From Sphaeroforma arctica JP610 (Eukaryota), in NCBI RefSeq assembly GCF_001186125.1, contig NW_014040277.1, forward strand, positions 20,120 through 70,724: a stretch of DNA of 50,605 nucleotides. Direction: 5' to 3'. Numbering within the stretch: position 1 is the stretch's first letter; each line of letters begins with the position of its first letter. The notes beneath the pieces were generated by a model. That model saw only the letters and a program-made list of their open reading frames with translations. It was not told the DNA's origin and did no database searches. The position numbers and the translations under genes are program-made. This document shows positions 26,601-38,083 of this stretch, piece after piece.

Positions 26601-28921
26601 TTGGCGCTGTGTTATCTGAGGCGCGAGGAGGCTGTCGAGGGTACCATGGAGGCGCTCAAGACGCTGCCGGGCTCCATTGCACAGTTTGCGAGTGTGTTGC
26701 TGGACGTGTGTGCATACGCGGGGTCTGGCAATGTGCTGAAGGTGCAGAAGCTGTTACACATGTGCAGCGAGCACATCAAGACAGACGACGAGGAGGACAC
26801 TACCGAGCCCGAGCCTGCCGCCGGTGCTAGTGGTGAGGGTACACCGGATGCTGCTGGGACAGGTGTGTGTGTGTGTGTTGTTTTTTTGTTTTCCGTGGAT
26901 ACGCATCGTTGTCGTGGGGTGTATATTTGTGAGAGAAAGATATATATATATATATACGCACATGTATACTCTTGTATTTGTTCTCTTTGAACACGTTGCT
27001 TGCATTTTTTTCACCCGGGATTTCTCGCTTTTCCACATACGCTCACAGCTGCCGGCACAAAAACGAAGGAAGGCGATGCCAATGAGGACGAAAAGGCTCA
27101 GGACAACCGATACCAAGGCATTGCAGTCATTGGACTGGCGCTTGTGGCGATGGGTGAGGAGATTGGCACAGATATGGCTATCCGATCATGCAGCCACCTG
27201 CTACAGTATGGTGAAGAGGTTATCCGCAGAGCCGTGCCGTTGGCCCTAGCGCTTCTGTGCGCGTCTAACCCAAAGCTTAACGTGCTTGACACGCTCAGCA
27301 AACTCTCGCACGACCAGGACGCCGAGGTGGCTCACAACGCCATCTTCGCCATGGGTATGGTAGGCTGTGGTACCAACAACGCACGTATAGCGGCCATGCT
27401 GCGGCAGTTGGCGGTGTACTACCACAAGGACCCCAACAACCTGTTCATGACACGCTTGGCCCAGGGCTTGTTGCACATGGGCAAGGGTACCATGACCATC
27501 TCACCGTACCATTCCGATCACTCCATCATGTCGCTGGTGTCTACCTCATCTCTATTGGCCGTGCTCATGTCTCTGCTGGACGTCAAGAAGAGTAAGCCAT
27601 TGCTTCTCTCGATTGTTGGGAATGTGTATTTGTTGTTACAAGTGGAGCAAAGTAACTCAAAGTGTGGGTGCGATCGCCTGGGTTGATTGTGTTGGTTCTC
27701 ATATCGCGTATCGCGTATCTCGTTTCTTCTCACTAGTAAGCCACGCCGGCACTTTCGTGTTCAAGACCGACCTGTTTGTCGCGTCTGCGGATGAAATATA
27801 ACGCTAACTCTGGGCCTCTATTTTTTTTCAATTTTTTTTTTACCGTCACAGCTATTCTGGCCAAGAACCATTACATTCTATATTTGCTCACGCCAGCCAT
27901 GTTCCCGCGGATGTTGGCGACGTTCGATGAAGACTTAAATCCTTTGCCCGTCAGTGTGCGTGTAGGACAGGTTAGTGTATTCATCTCCGACATAATAGTG
28001 AAGTGACGTGTTACATTGGTAGGACCATGACAGCGGTGTATGTGTACCTGCACGACACAAATAGATGGCTGTGTCGTGCTTGATCTTCAATCTTTATTTC
28101 CAGGTTATCCTTATGCCGGTTGGTGTGTGAGAATAACTTATGCGCGGGCAACCAACCAAACATGCCGATGCCACTGAGCACAATGCTGAACTGAAAGCTG
28201 TCTCCCAAGTGTATAAGCCTATTCGTCGTGTCGTGTCGTAGTCGAATCTCATCGTTATTTATATATACTTGAACCTCATCGTTATTTGTGTCGTATATAC
28301 TTGAACCTTATCATTGTTTGTGTCGTATATACTTGAACCTCATCGTTATTTGTGTCGTGTATACTTGAACCTCATCGTTATTTGTGTCGTATATACTTGA
28401 ACCTCATCGTTATTTGTGTCGTGTGAGATTTTTCTTTGATCTTCTGTTTATTCACTCGTCCCTGATGCAGGCTGTCGACACAGTGGGACAGGCAGGAAAA
28501 CCGAAAACCATCACCGGCGTACAAACACACACAACCCCCGTTTTGCTGGGCAGCAACGAGCGAGCAGAACTGGGAACTGAAGAATGTAAGAGTCAGCCTA
28601 CGGCTCAGCCTGGTTCATTTCAATCGCTAGTTCTGTTGGTCAGCCTGTTTCATTTAAATCTTAGTTCCGTTGGAATCCATTTTCTTTGGTCGGCCTGTTT
28701 CATTTTAATCTTAGTTTAATTGGAATTCATTTTCTGTCATGTTGCAATCTGTTAGGCTTGGTATTGTGCACTTGGACCTCGATGCTTGAAGATTAGGCTG
28801 AAATACATCCCGTGCTGATCGTCTATTTCTTTCTCTTTCTGTTGCACCCACAGATATATCCCTGACGCCCACTATAGAAGGATTTGTAATTCTGAAGAAA
28901 AACCCTGATTATGAAGCGTGA
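22167..28921 (+). CDS. PSMD2: 26S proteasome regulatory subunit RPN1 (PSMD2); 8 exons, ~929 aa
   Basis: Exons 22167-22706, 24547-24853, 25097-25278, 25947-26862, 27049-27591, 27852-27970, 28471-28585, 28854-28921 (2790 nt, GT-AG). Motifs: [106 protein letters not shown]. Confidence 0.97.
22760..24110. repeat. Compound (TA)n/(TATG)n microsatellite with (TTTAGA)n blocks in RPN1 intron 1
   Basis: Low-complexity AT-rich tract. TTTAGA hexamer runs occur at about 23119-23145, 23286-23315 and 23484-23497. An N-gap spans 23925-23944. Confidence 0.9.
28248..28423. repeat. 32-bp minisatellite (~5.5 copies) in RPN1 intron 6
   Basis: The unit tcatcgttatttgtgtcgtatatacttgaacc repeats head-to-tail with few substitutions and no spacers. 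Confidence 0.95.
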
Positions 28922-30249
28922 TTAAAAGATAATTTTTAACTACCACAGTAGCCAGAATGCGTACGACCCAAATATCTGAGTCATCGGCATCAGTTGTACA
29001 CCTTTTGATTATAAGGAAGTTTGTGTGGTAGGTGCGGCGCCTGTGCCCTACGTGCTGCGTGTATCTAGACTGTGTCACACAGTACGATAGATTACATATA
29101 TAAACCTTGTTCCTGTGTCCAACCTCCGTGGTTCTACTTAGGTAATAGCAGATAGCTTTCAGTGATCTCCAGCTGTTAGTGAATAAGCTTGATCGGGGTA
29201 TAAAAAGGAGAATATAATATTTACAATGGAGCAGCCTCATACACCCGGGGCATGCTCACATTCCTCGTTCAGTCCGTCCGGTTCATTTTTTCCCCACATG
29301 AATAAACATGCCCGATTTTGACCATAACGAAAACTATGAGCTCTTTTTTACACCGGCGTTGTTTGATTTCTGAATTGTATGGATATGTCTATGAATCGGT
29401 AGTGCACAACCTCACGAATGCGGAATGGCAAAACTTTCTGGGGCGCTTCAGTGTGTCTAATATATGGCCCGGTTCATACATCTGGGAAATGCGACCGACT
29501 GAACGGGAGATCAAAAGTCATGATTAAGTGATAATACATTTGATTGTATTCCCTGTCACCAGGCGAGCAAATAGTCGGACGCATTTTTAGTTTATGACTA
29601 CTAGAGACTATCATTGTATTAATATGCGGCGACAGTTTTAAGTAGATGTGATAGATGATCACATCATGAATACCATTCCAGGTGGCTTCAGTTGGTATAC
29701 CATCTATCAAATACATAGGTTGCATCGTGATCACCCTTCCCGAATACCGCCTGATTAAACTATTCCGTCAATCCTAAAGCAAGATCAGTATGACATCTTC
29801 TGCTTATGTGTGATGCACTTTGTGGAAGCTTTTTATCAGAAGTGGGCCGCCTGTATACCATTGTCTGAATATTTGCTTCTGGGTCAAAACATTAATTTTA
29901 TGATTACAAGGCGGATTATGAAATATAAGGCGCTACGATATTTCAAGTCTACCGAGCTGGCAAGTCTACCGAGCTGGTTGGCGTGTTCAAGTTCAAATAT
30001 AATCTGTTTCAAGTGGGTGGTGAAGAATTTTGTGTCTGGCGCTGTACAACTTACATCTCTGTTTGCTTGCGGTTGTTAGAAACCCATATTTTATTCAATT
30101 ACATATTTGATGTAATTTAGTCAAAATCTTATATTCATATTCACCAGTAATGTATACTATCCTGCATGCGAAGCCCTGTATCTTAGATATAGATCGTGTC
30201 CGATCAATTGCGTTCACAACTCAAAGCGATAGTGCTTGCCAGTCTTGGA

Positions 30250-30652
30250 CATGCATACATGCATATATGCATACATGCATACATGCATACATGCATACAT
30301 GCATACATGCATACGTGCATATATGCATACATGCATACATGCATACATGCATGCATATATATATATACATATATGCATATATATATATATATACATATAT
30401 ACATATATACATATATACTTTTATACATATATATATATATATGAATGTATGTATGTATGTATGTATGTATGTATGTATGTATGTATGTATATGTGTATGT
30501 GTGTATGTGTGTATGTGTNNNNNNNNNNNNNNNNNNNNNNNNNNNNNNNNNNNNNNNNNNNNNNNNNNNNNNNNNNNNNNNNNNNNNNNNNNNNNNNNNN
30601 NNNNNNNNNNNNNNNNNNNNNNNNNNNNNNNNNNNNNNNNNNNNNNNNNNNN

Positions 30653-30700
<48 letters not shown>
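30250..30700. repeat. Microsatellite block (ATGCATAC)n/(TA)n/(TATG)n spanning an N-gap
   Basis: Read directly from the sequence. The gap spans 30519-30652. Confidence 0.9.
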
Positions 30701-30707
<7 letters not shown>

Positions 30708-31761
30708 AAAATAGGATGTGTAGGACTCGGAGCCTCGGAGGAAAGAGAACAAAAGCTACAATAGATTCGTGACAATTTCCAAACTCAGAGGCGCTCAGCC
30801 GCTCACTCTCTGAGTCTGACTCCCTCTCTCTCTCTAATTCTTTATAAAACAATATTTGATATTTGAGTCAGGTCCCTTTTTTACTACTATTCAGGTTTTT
30901 GAGTAGTATGTAGGGCCTATGGTCCTATGTTCTAAAGTATTAAAAAGCAATAGATTTTTTTAGATTTTGTAAAAAAGAACTTTACGATGCCTTAACGATG
31001 ACTGTTGAAAATTTGAAAACATCATATTATTAAATCATAGAGTATTTTATCACAAATATTTTTAATACTATGCCTATCAAAAAAGCTATTCACACCTTTT
31101 GTATATTTATTTCAAAAACTAAAATTGATGTTTATTATTCAATCTGATGACTGGTGCCGATGGTATCTTGCGACACTTTAAGTTTTATCACATATGCGTT
31201 GAATTGCTTTTTTATAAATACACAGAATATATAGATATTCGTATACTTTTTATTCAAGTTAAAAGTATTCAAATTATATTTATTTATATATTCTGCAGCA
31301 AGAAACCTAAAAGTGGATTTAAATATTTTAAATATTTGTCTAGTTGTCCACTTCCCAAGTTCCCGATTAGTTCTTTTCTTAAACCGTTTTTAATACAAGA
31401 CAACTTTTTAAAAATAAAATGTTTTGGTATGAAAGAAATCTAATCTTGTCTGTGTTACTCTGTTTGTCTGTTTATACCTGTATTTATCTGATTCTGGCAG
31501 TTGGCTTCTTGTATTTAGTAGTTTTCTAGAGTTTTTTAACTGAATTAATATTGAGAAAAGAACGATCGGGGACAGCCTTCTATTTTGAGTGAGTTTCCAC
31601 TTAAAATTAACGGGTCAATCATCGACCCCTTTTACTATACTTCATTCGTCCGAAACTAAATACTCGCGTGTGCCGTGTGCTGAAAAAATTATAACGTGAT
31701 TGGTCTCCTCAGACCTCGGTCCTACTGCAATTTTTTTTTGTTTCTGAAAATTTATTTTGCA

Positions 31762-31804
31762 CAGCTGAGGCCTGAGTAAGCTGACCAAAGCTGACCAGAG
31801 CTGA
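31762..31804 (+). promoter_or_regulatory. CAGCTG E-box followed by three 10-bp-phased AGCTGA motifs upstream of the AP-4-like gene
   Basis: CAGCTG at 31762-31767. AGCTGA at 31779, 31789 and 31799. The cluster is about 300 bp upstream of the ATG at 32099. Confidence 0.4.
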
Positions 31805-32098
31805 TAGATCTCGAAATATATATTTTTTAAGGTAGCCCAGGCTGTTTATTAATGATTTTGGTGTTTGGCGTTTTCATGCGATGATCAAGTTCGATCGAGG
31901 TCCGTCGTATGCGTACATCGGCTGAAAACCGCTGCCATCCAGAGTTCGAGACGTCCACGATCAAGAAGCAAGGAAGTTTAAAGTGAGGAAACTACAATAT
32001 TTGGCGAACACTTCAATAGAACTAATCACATACACACAGACGTATACTGTCGAAATATATTCCGCAAAGTAGTGCTCCTCTACAGTCTTGACCTCATT

Positions 32099-34427
32099 AT
32101 GGTACAAGTAGATAGCTTAGAGTCATACTCCGCTGGTAAGATGCCCGTGGTAAACAACGGCGTGAGTAGCTCACGTCGAGAGATTGCAAACAGTAACGAG
32201 AGAAAGCGCATGATAGGTATGTGGTGGGGTTAGGTGTGCTGACTCTTCTCTGGAGCATCTGAAATGTATGATACTGCTTTTTGAAATATGTATCTTAATT
32301 GCTTAAATGTTTGCGCTATGTCTTACAAATGTGGATCAAATGTGAAATGTGAGCTTCCCTAGACTTTAAATATGCAACGTGCTCAATTTGTATCGAGACA
32401 GTGCACACTAACTTCTCGAGTGGTCCATCTAAATACGACCTGCCTTTTTTTTTTGCCCTATTCAAATGAATAGCTATAAATGAAGGATTTAGCACTCTAC
32501 GAGACATTGTACCCGGATGTGCTGGAGACAAACAAAGCAAATCGAAGATACTGAGATTGGCAGGTACGTATAATATCGTGCAATTAAGGTCGTGAAGCTG
32601 TCTTTTTGTCGCAACCCATCAGCAACAGTTTAAACCTTTTCCATTTTATAGTCTCGTTCGAACGTGAGGCCGCAATTGGAATAGTATCCTTTGTACCGTG
32701 TTCTAATAGCCTAGTTTTCTCTCTCTTTCTATTATTACATAACAGCATCGTATATACGATCGCTACTCGCGAAAATTGCTCTTCTCGAAGCGAAGAACGG
32801 TTCAGAGGTCGACTATTCTGTTGAGGTAAGTGCTGAGGAGATGAAGTCCAGCAAAGTTGCCCGGACAAACGATAGTGGCACAGATTCGAACATCAGTAGT
32901 CCCGGAGTGTATATAGAAGCGGGACGGGTACCTAGTTCTGACAATTTACAAACAAACGAGACAGTTTGTATATCAATGCAAGGGCGAAATCCAGCACAGG
33001 ACAGAGGAACAAGAAGACCTCGCTCCCACACAGAAACTAAAAATGCACGAGAGGGCCACTTCAAAAGTAGATCTTATTCCATGATTAGCTCCCAGTCTCA
33101 AGGACATGTGCATGCCCCACCGCTACACCCGGCTGCTAGGCAGGATGCCTTTCTACCTGCCAAAGATCTAGAGCAGAGCATACAAGAGTTGCAAGATCGC
33201 CTTGAAGAGATGAAGGGGTCGCTGGCCGCACACAATACACCGTTGCTCACGCCCGTGCCTTCGCCCATGTACGGGCCTGAGAATGGTGGCTACACACAGG
33301 CACCTCGATCCTCGCGAACGTTCGATCGAACATCTAGCATTGATCAGTCACAGTTGCCGCCCTCACATTCCTTTCCCAGGTTTGTACCGAGCCTCTTCGA
33401 TTCTTCTGCTGTGTGAAATGTTTTGCTGGCTAGATGTTTACTGATTTTCACGTATGTTTAGGTGAGACTATATTTATTCAAATCTGCCTTATCTTATACC
33501 ACTTACAGCAGGAAAGAAATGGAAAATCCGTCTCCCAGATGGCAACCATACCTTCCACGTCGGCCCACAAATAAGGATAGCCCAAGTTGGAGCCCCAAGC
33601 GTGGCTGTGGTTCAGAGCTGTCACATTTGGCATCGCTGCCTCCAACAGTCCTTCCCACGGGCGAAGCGAAGGAATACCATGGTTATAAATCGCAACTCTC
33701 ACATTCGCAATACCAGCGCCAACCACAAACGTATGACCAGAATGAAAACATGGACGTGGGGGAGCAAGAGGTTTGTCCAGTGACTAATGAACGTACATCG
33801 TACGTAATTCCAACGGATCCACATGGTAATGTGACTATCCCCAAACCCGACAATCAACAATCAGAAACTGCTAATAGCGAAGCAATCAACCAGGCAACCC
33901 AAAATGCCAACGCACCAGCTGCTACCCGTGTCTTCAGCATGCTTTCTTCCCACCCCTTCTCGACTTCTCGAGACGCCAATGACTGGCACGAAAAGTCACG
34001 CTCGAGTCAATATTATGATTCTGCTCCGCAAAAGTTGAGCTCAAGCAAATCTAACTATGCACTCTCTTGGCCAAGAAATGACCACGCGTCGCGTCCATGT
34101 AGTGATTCGATGACAGGCACCGAAATGTATCCATCGGAGGTAAATGAATATGGATGGAGTCGGAGCGCACAGAGCATGGAGAATTTGAACAAATCCCATA
34201 GTCAAGCTTACTCGCAAAGTTATATGGCGGGACCGAGTCCGAAACAGCTTCGAGACAAGAAGAATGATAACACTGGGCGAGCACATAGCACAAGCGAAGT
34301 GCTTTGCAATGAAGAGCACGAGATACATAGAGCTCCTGGGGGTAGCTTGGATACGCTTTGCGAAGCTATCTACAAAATAGATGGTGCCATCGCGGACCCC
34401 GCCGGCACATGTCAAGTTATGCAGTAG
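32099..34427 (+). CDS. TFAP4: AP-4 (TFAP4)-like bHLH-leucine-zipper transcription factor; 4 exons, ~586 aa
   Basis: Exons 32099-32216, 32474-32563, 32746-33379, 33509(or 33512)-34427; GT-AG, phase-consistent. The spliced bHLH is RREIANSNERKRMIAINEGFSTLRDIVPGCAGDKQSKSKILRLAASYIRSLLAK, against recalled human AP-4 RREIANSNERRRMQSINAGFQSLKTLIPHTDGEKLSKAAILQQTAEYIFSLEQE. The C-terminal SLDTLCEAIYKIDG resembles AP-4 NLDTIVQAIQHIEG. The bHLH call is firm; orthology is inferred. Confidence 0.8.
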
Positions 34428-35630
34428 CACTTTCCGCGTAAGGATAAGGAACCATATTGCGCAAGTCAATGAAATAACCGCTCGTATCTGGAGGGTCAGA
34501 ATACGAGAGAACGTCAGGTGTACAGCGGTGACAAGGGTGCTGAGGCAGTTTTCATACCAAACGAAGGACCATACATCCCAGAGCCAGTGGGTTTCCAAGA
34601 CAGCATCCGGAGGAAATTCAGATCGGCAGCAGAGTACTAACCCGATCACACTCCCGGAGCTGCTTGCACCAGAGACGAGAAATAATATCCGAGATCGCCA
34701 ATGTAGCCTCGTAAATTGAGCAGAAAATACAGCCTAAGCATAAATAACCATCGTTCGGATGGAAATACGAGATAGCCCACATAAATAAAAAAGAAAGTGC
34801 CGAGTCTGGCACTTCTGCTTTATACTCCTGTTGTTCGTTGAAGCCCTTGCTGACGCGGAATTGACTTGTTTTCCCCGAAGCTCTTATCAATAAATACTGT
34901 CGTATGTGATGACATTAAATTTTGGGCACGTTCATTTACTAACAGGGACATGCACAAAAATGTTATGGTTACTCTACTACCTCGATGTTTACTTTCATCG
35001 TGAGATTGAATCCGAAATTAAATGAGGCTATCTCATATGCTATGGTGACAATTTAGTGACAGGGTGCAATGATCGACAATCCGCTAAGAGGGGATATGTT
35101 TGAACTTCCGAGGTTAAGCTATTTGACAAAGCCCACGTATGAGCACTGGTTGTGCTCCTCCCCAGAAGATCGTGTTCCTGTTCAGCAGTCGATCTCAGAA
35201 TGAGGTATAGGTACCCTCATAACGATCACTTTTGTAGTATGGTGTGTGAGAGCTGACAGGAAGTTCAAAGCGTCTCACCCCGTTCCTCCAGGATCATGGA
35301 GTAGGCGAACGATAGGTGAACAGAACTTCGCCCAGTGTACCTTCACCCAGTATGTCACTGTTCATATGTACGCATGCTCGAAGCTTGTGTAAGACTATAT
35401 GCTCCGCTATCCAGAACTTCGGTGACAAAAACTCCCTTACGAAGTTTGGCATTGCTTCATATCACAATAGGATGTAGATCGCCCCGAATACGCCCTCAAT
35501 TCTCATCAGTCATACGAAAATAGCTACATTCCACTCATCTACCCTGGCATTTTGCATGTGTGCTCACTTGCAGCAAACGCACGTGGTAACAGCATTCCCT
35601 TATTTAGAAGTTGCAGCCGATCGTTCGCAA

Positions 35631-37250
35631 TTATTCGATTGGATCGTGAAGCTGTAGATGTGAGACATAATTCCGATCAATCAACAAAAACTCGAATTGT
35701 TGTACGTACACCGATATTTCGGTATGCGAGACATATAATGGTTTTCGATATGCAAAACGTGTAATGCATCATTAGGCGTGCTCTACGATCAGGGTTACGA
35801 GCTGGTGATAGTACATGCTATTGACGACCGGGGTCTAACTTGTATGAGCTTAAGCGCGCGATATAATGTTCTTTGTGTAATCCGAGATTCGACCTGAGAC
35901 TGGGGGCTTAGGAAAATATAGGCCAACGAGGTTTAAAGTCTATTTGTGTGTGTTTCAGCACGCAGACTAATTGCTGCTTGTCAAATTCGAGACGATGAGA
36001 GAGTACGAGTCAATGAGGATTCGGTTCTAACTAGTGTGTGTTCTAGTGCGCAATTGGGTATTGCGACAGTGCTATTAAAACATGTTCTTACCGCTGCAGA
36101 AATGGGCAGCCACTTGTTCAGTGTCCAGTCTAAATCGTGGGAGGCATCGGGCGGACTATCATGATTCCAAACATGCACAGAATCAAACGCAGTGTGCACG
36201 TGAAACTCCCTCTCTTCGACGTCGGTAGTTGGTCGTCTCTTCTCCTTCAGTAGCACCCCAACTGTATATCGGAAAAGCACATTATTCTTCACGCGGTTAG
36301 CGACAGATGCAAACATTAAACAAGGAGAAAGACTTGCATAGGGTACATTTTTCTTTTTGGAGGGCTTTGTGGCAATATGGGTAGAATAATAAACTTCAGC
36401 TGTGTTCGATGCATTCGTCCATCTCAATCGGTGCAGCTGAGGTATCGCGTGTGCTTCTCTTCGCTTCGCAAGAAACCCGAGCCTCAGCATTGTGTAGATA
36501 TCGAGTGCCGTGTTGTCTTTTTAGTACCCGCAGTAAACAATAATCAATGCAGTGATGGTCTGGTTGACATGCCCATGTTGTGGTGCGATTAACTTACCCA
36601 TATTGTTGGATTGCAGGTCGTACGCTTTTCCCTTCAACTCGCGCCCTCGAAACGTACTTACCATTGTGCCTTCCAAGCTGGGATCATCATGATTTACGAA
36701 GTACTTGCTCACGTTAGCGTGACCTTGATGGTCCACTGCGAGACAGATATAAGACAGAAAACCCAAATATGTGTGTATACATACGTAACATCACAGCGCA
36801 AAAGGCGCAGGCATGATTCCCCTATGCTTCTATAGGGTAGTGAATTACCTCCATCAACTTCAAGTCGGTTATCTACGCCGTTACATATTCAGCGATACTC
36901 TCAAATGTGACTCTTGTATAAGAATGTGTATTTTAAATTCCTGTGCCAAGGAGTGTAGCCTGCCTTCGAACAACTGCGAACAGATTCCGTTGGTCTGAAT
37001 CCACAGCATAAAGTACGCAAATCCTTAGCGATTGTAACCATCACTATGATAAAATAAACCCACGAGGTAGATTATGAGACCTGTTTCCAAACCAGAGGTG
37101 ACCTTCTGTCATTTTGCGCCAGACAAAAAAATGTATGCAACTTCACCGCACAATTGTACCTACTAAAATTCAGCTCATACCTTGGAAAGGGATCTGATGC
37201 ACTGCGCGGTTCTCGGCAGACTTCAGCAAGCCCACTACCTGAATGTCCAT
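35631..37250 (-). CDS. RNASEH2C: Ribonuclease H2 subunit C; 4 exons, ~132 aa
   Basis: Exons 37250-37181, 36735-36598, 36261-36092, 35651-35631 (399 nt). Motifs: VHQIPFQVDHQGHANVSKYF, STFRGRELKG, FDSVHVWNHDSPP, WLPISAALHDPIE*. Confidence 0.88.
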
Positions 37251-38083
37251 GTTTAAGGATGTAGCCTATGAAGTATGTATCTGTAAGATATTCAAGGTAA
37301 TATATTTTGAGATGTCATATACTTCGTGGACAGCAGCCTTTTGGGTCGATAATAATGCAAAGTTGGTAAATATGTTTTTAAAAATATATTAATATAAAAT
37401 AACGGATTAACCCCCTTCGCCTGTGTCAGTCTGGTCTGTCCTGTCATCAGTCTGTCATTCAATCATATGTTCACTCATCATCACTTTGGCGGTCTTCTCT
37501 GTTCAGATTTGTGAAGATTTTTTTTTGAATAATGTTTTGTAAAAAATCCCATGAGCTTTTCGGTCTAATTTAGAAGGCTATGTTTTTTTTGGATTTTTTT
37601 TTGCAATAGTTTTGGGGCTTGGGCGGTTGGGCCGTATTATTTAAATCTAAATATTTTAGGTCTCGAATCTCGAGTCTCGACACTCGCGCGAGAGTGGAAC
37701 ACTGAAAAGTATGAACATATTTATCTTATTGGGAAATTTACAAACTTTTTACGGCCAAAAATAGGGGCTATTTATTTGTTCACTACATTTTGTTCTAAGA
37801 ATATCACAATATTCATTTTTTTAGAATCAACATAGAGCGCAGCCAACAAGAAAAGAGGAAGTACCAAGAGGAAATATATATAAAATGTAAATAAATAAAA
37901 TCAAAATAGGGCACTTTGTATTATTTTACGGGTATTTGTATATATAAATGGACATAGTCTACCACAAGTGAGACCTAAGACAGCCTACCATATATCTACA
38001 TAGGTAGAGACTATAGAGTCGCACTGTAGTTGCAGATAGATCCATCGACATCAGTACATTTGCACGTCTCATCTTTTTTCAGC

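Noticed and set aside
28248..28423. 32-bp repeats as a CRISPR array
   Set aside because: The units are contiguous with no unique spacers, lie in a eukaryotic intron, and there are no cas genes.
29945..29978. 17-bp direct duplication aagtctaccgagctgg(c/t)
   Set aside because: Only two adjacent copies with no associated element; a simple slippage duplication.
30780..31620. Very AT-rich block with a 98-aa ORF, as a possible transposon or foreign insert
   Set aside because: No terminal repeats, target-site duplication or transposase motifs were seen, and the ORF composition reflects AT bias.
37423..37484. Minus-strand ATGATGA...CTGA C/D-like pattern
   Set aside because: It is only about 60 nt, lies in a promoter, and is built from CTGTC/TCA repeats. 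The best rRNA complement I could see is only 7 nt.
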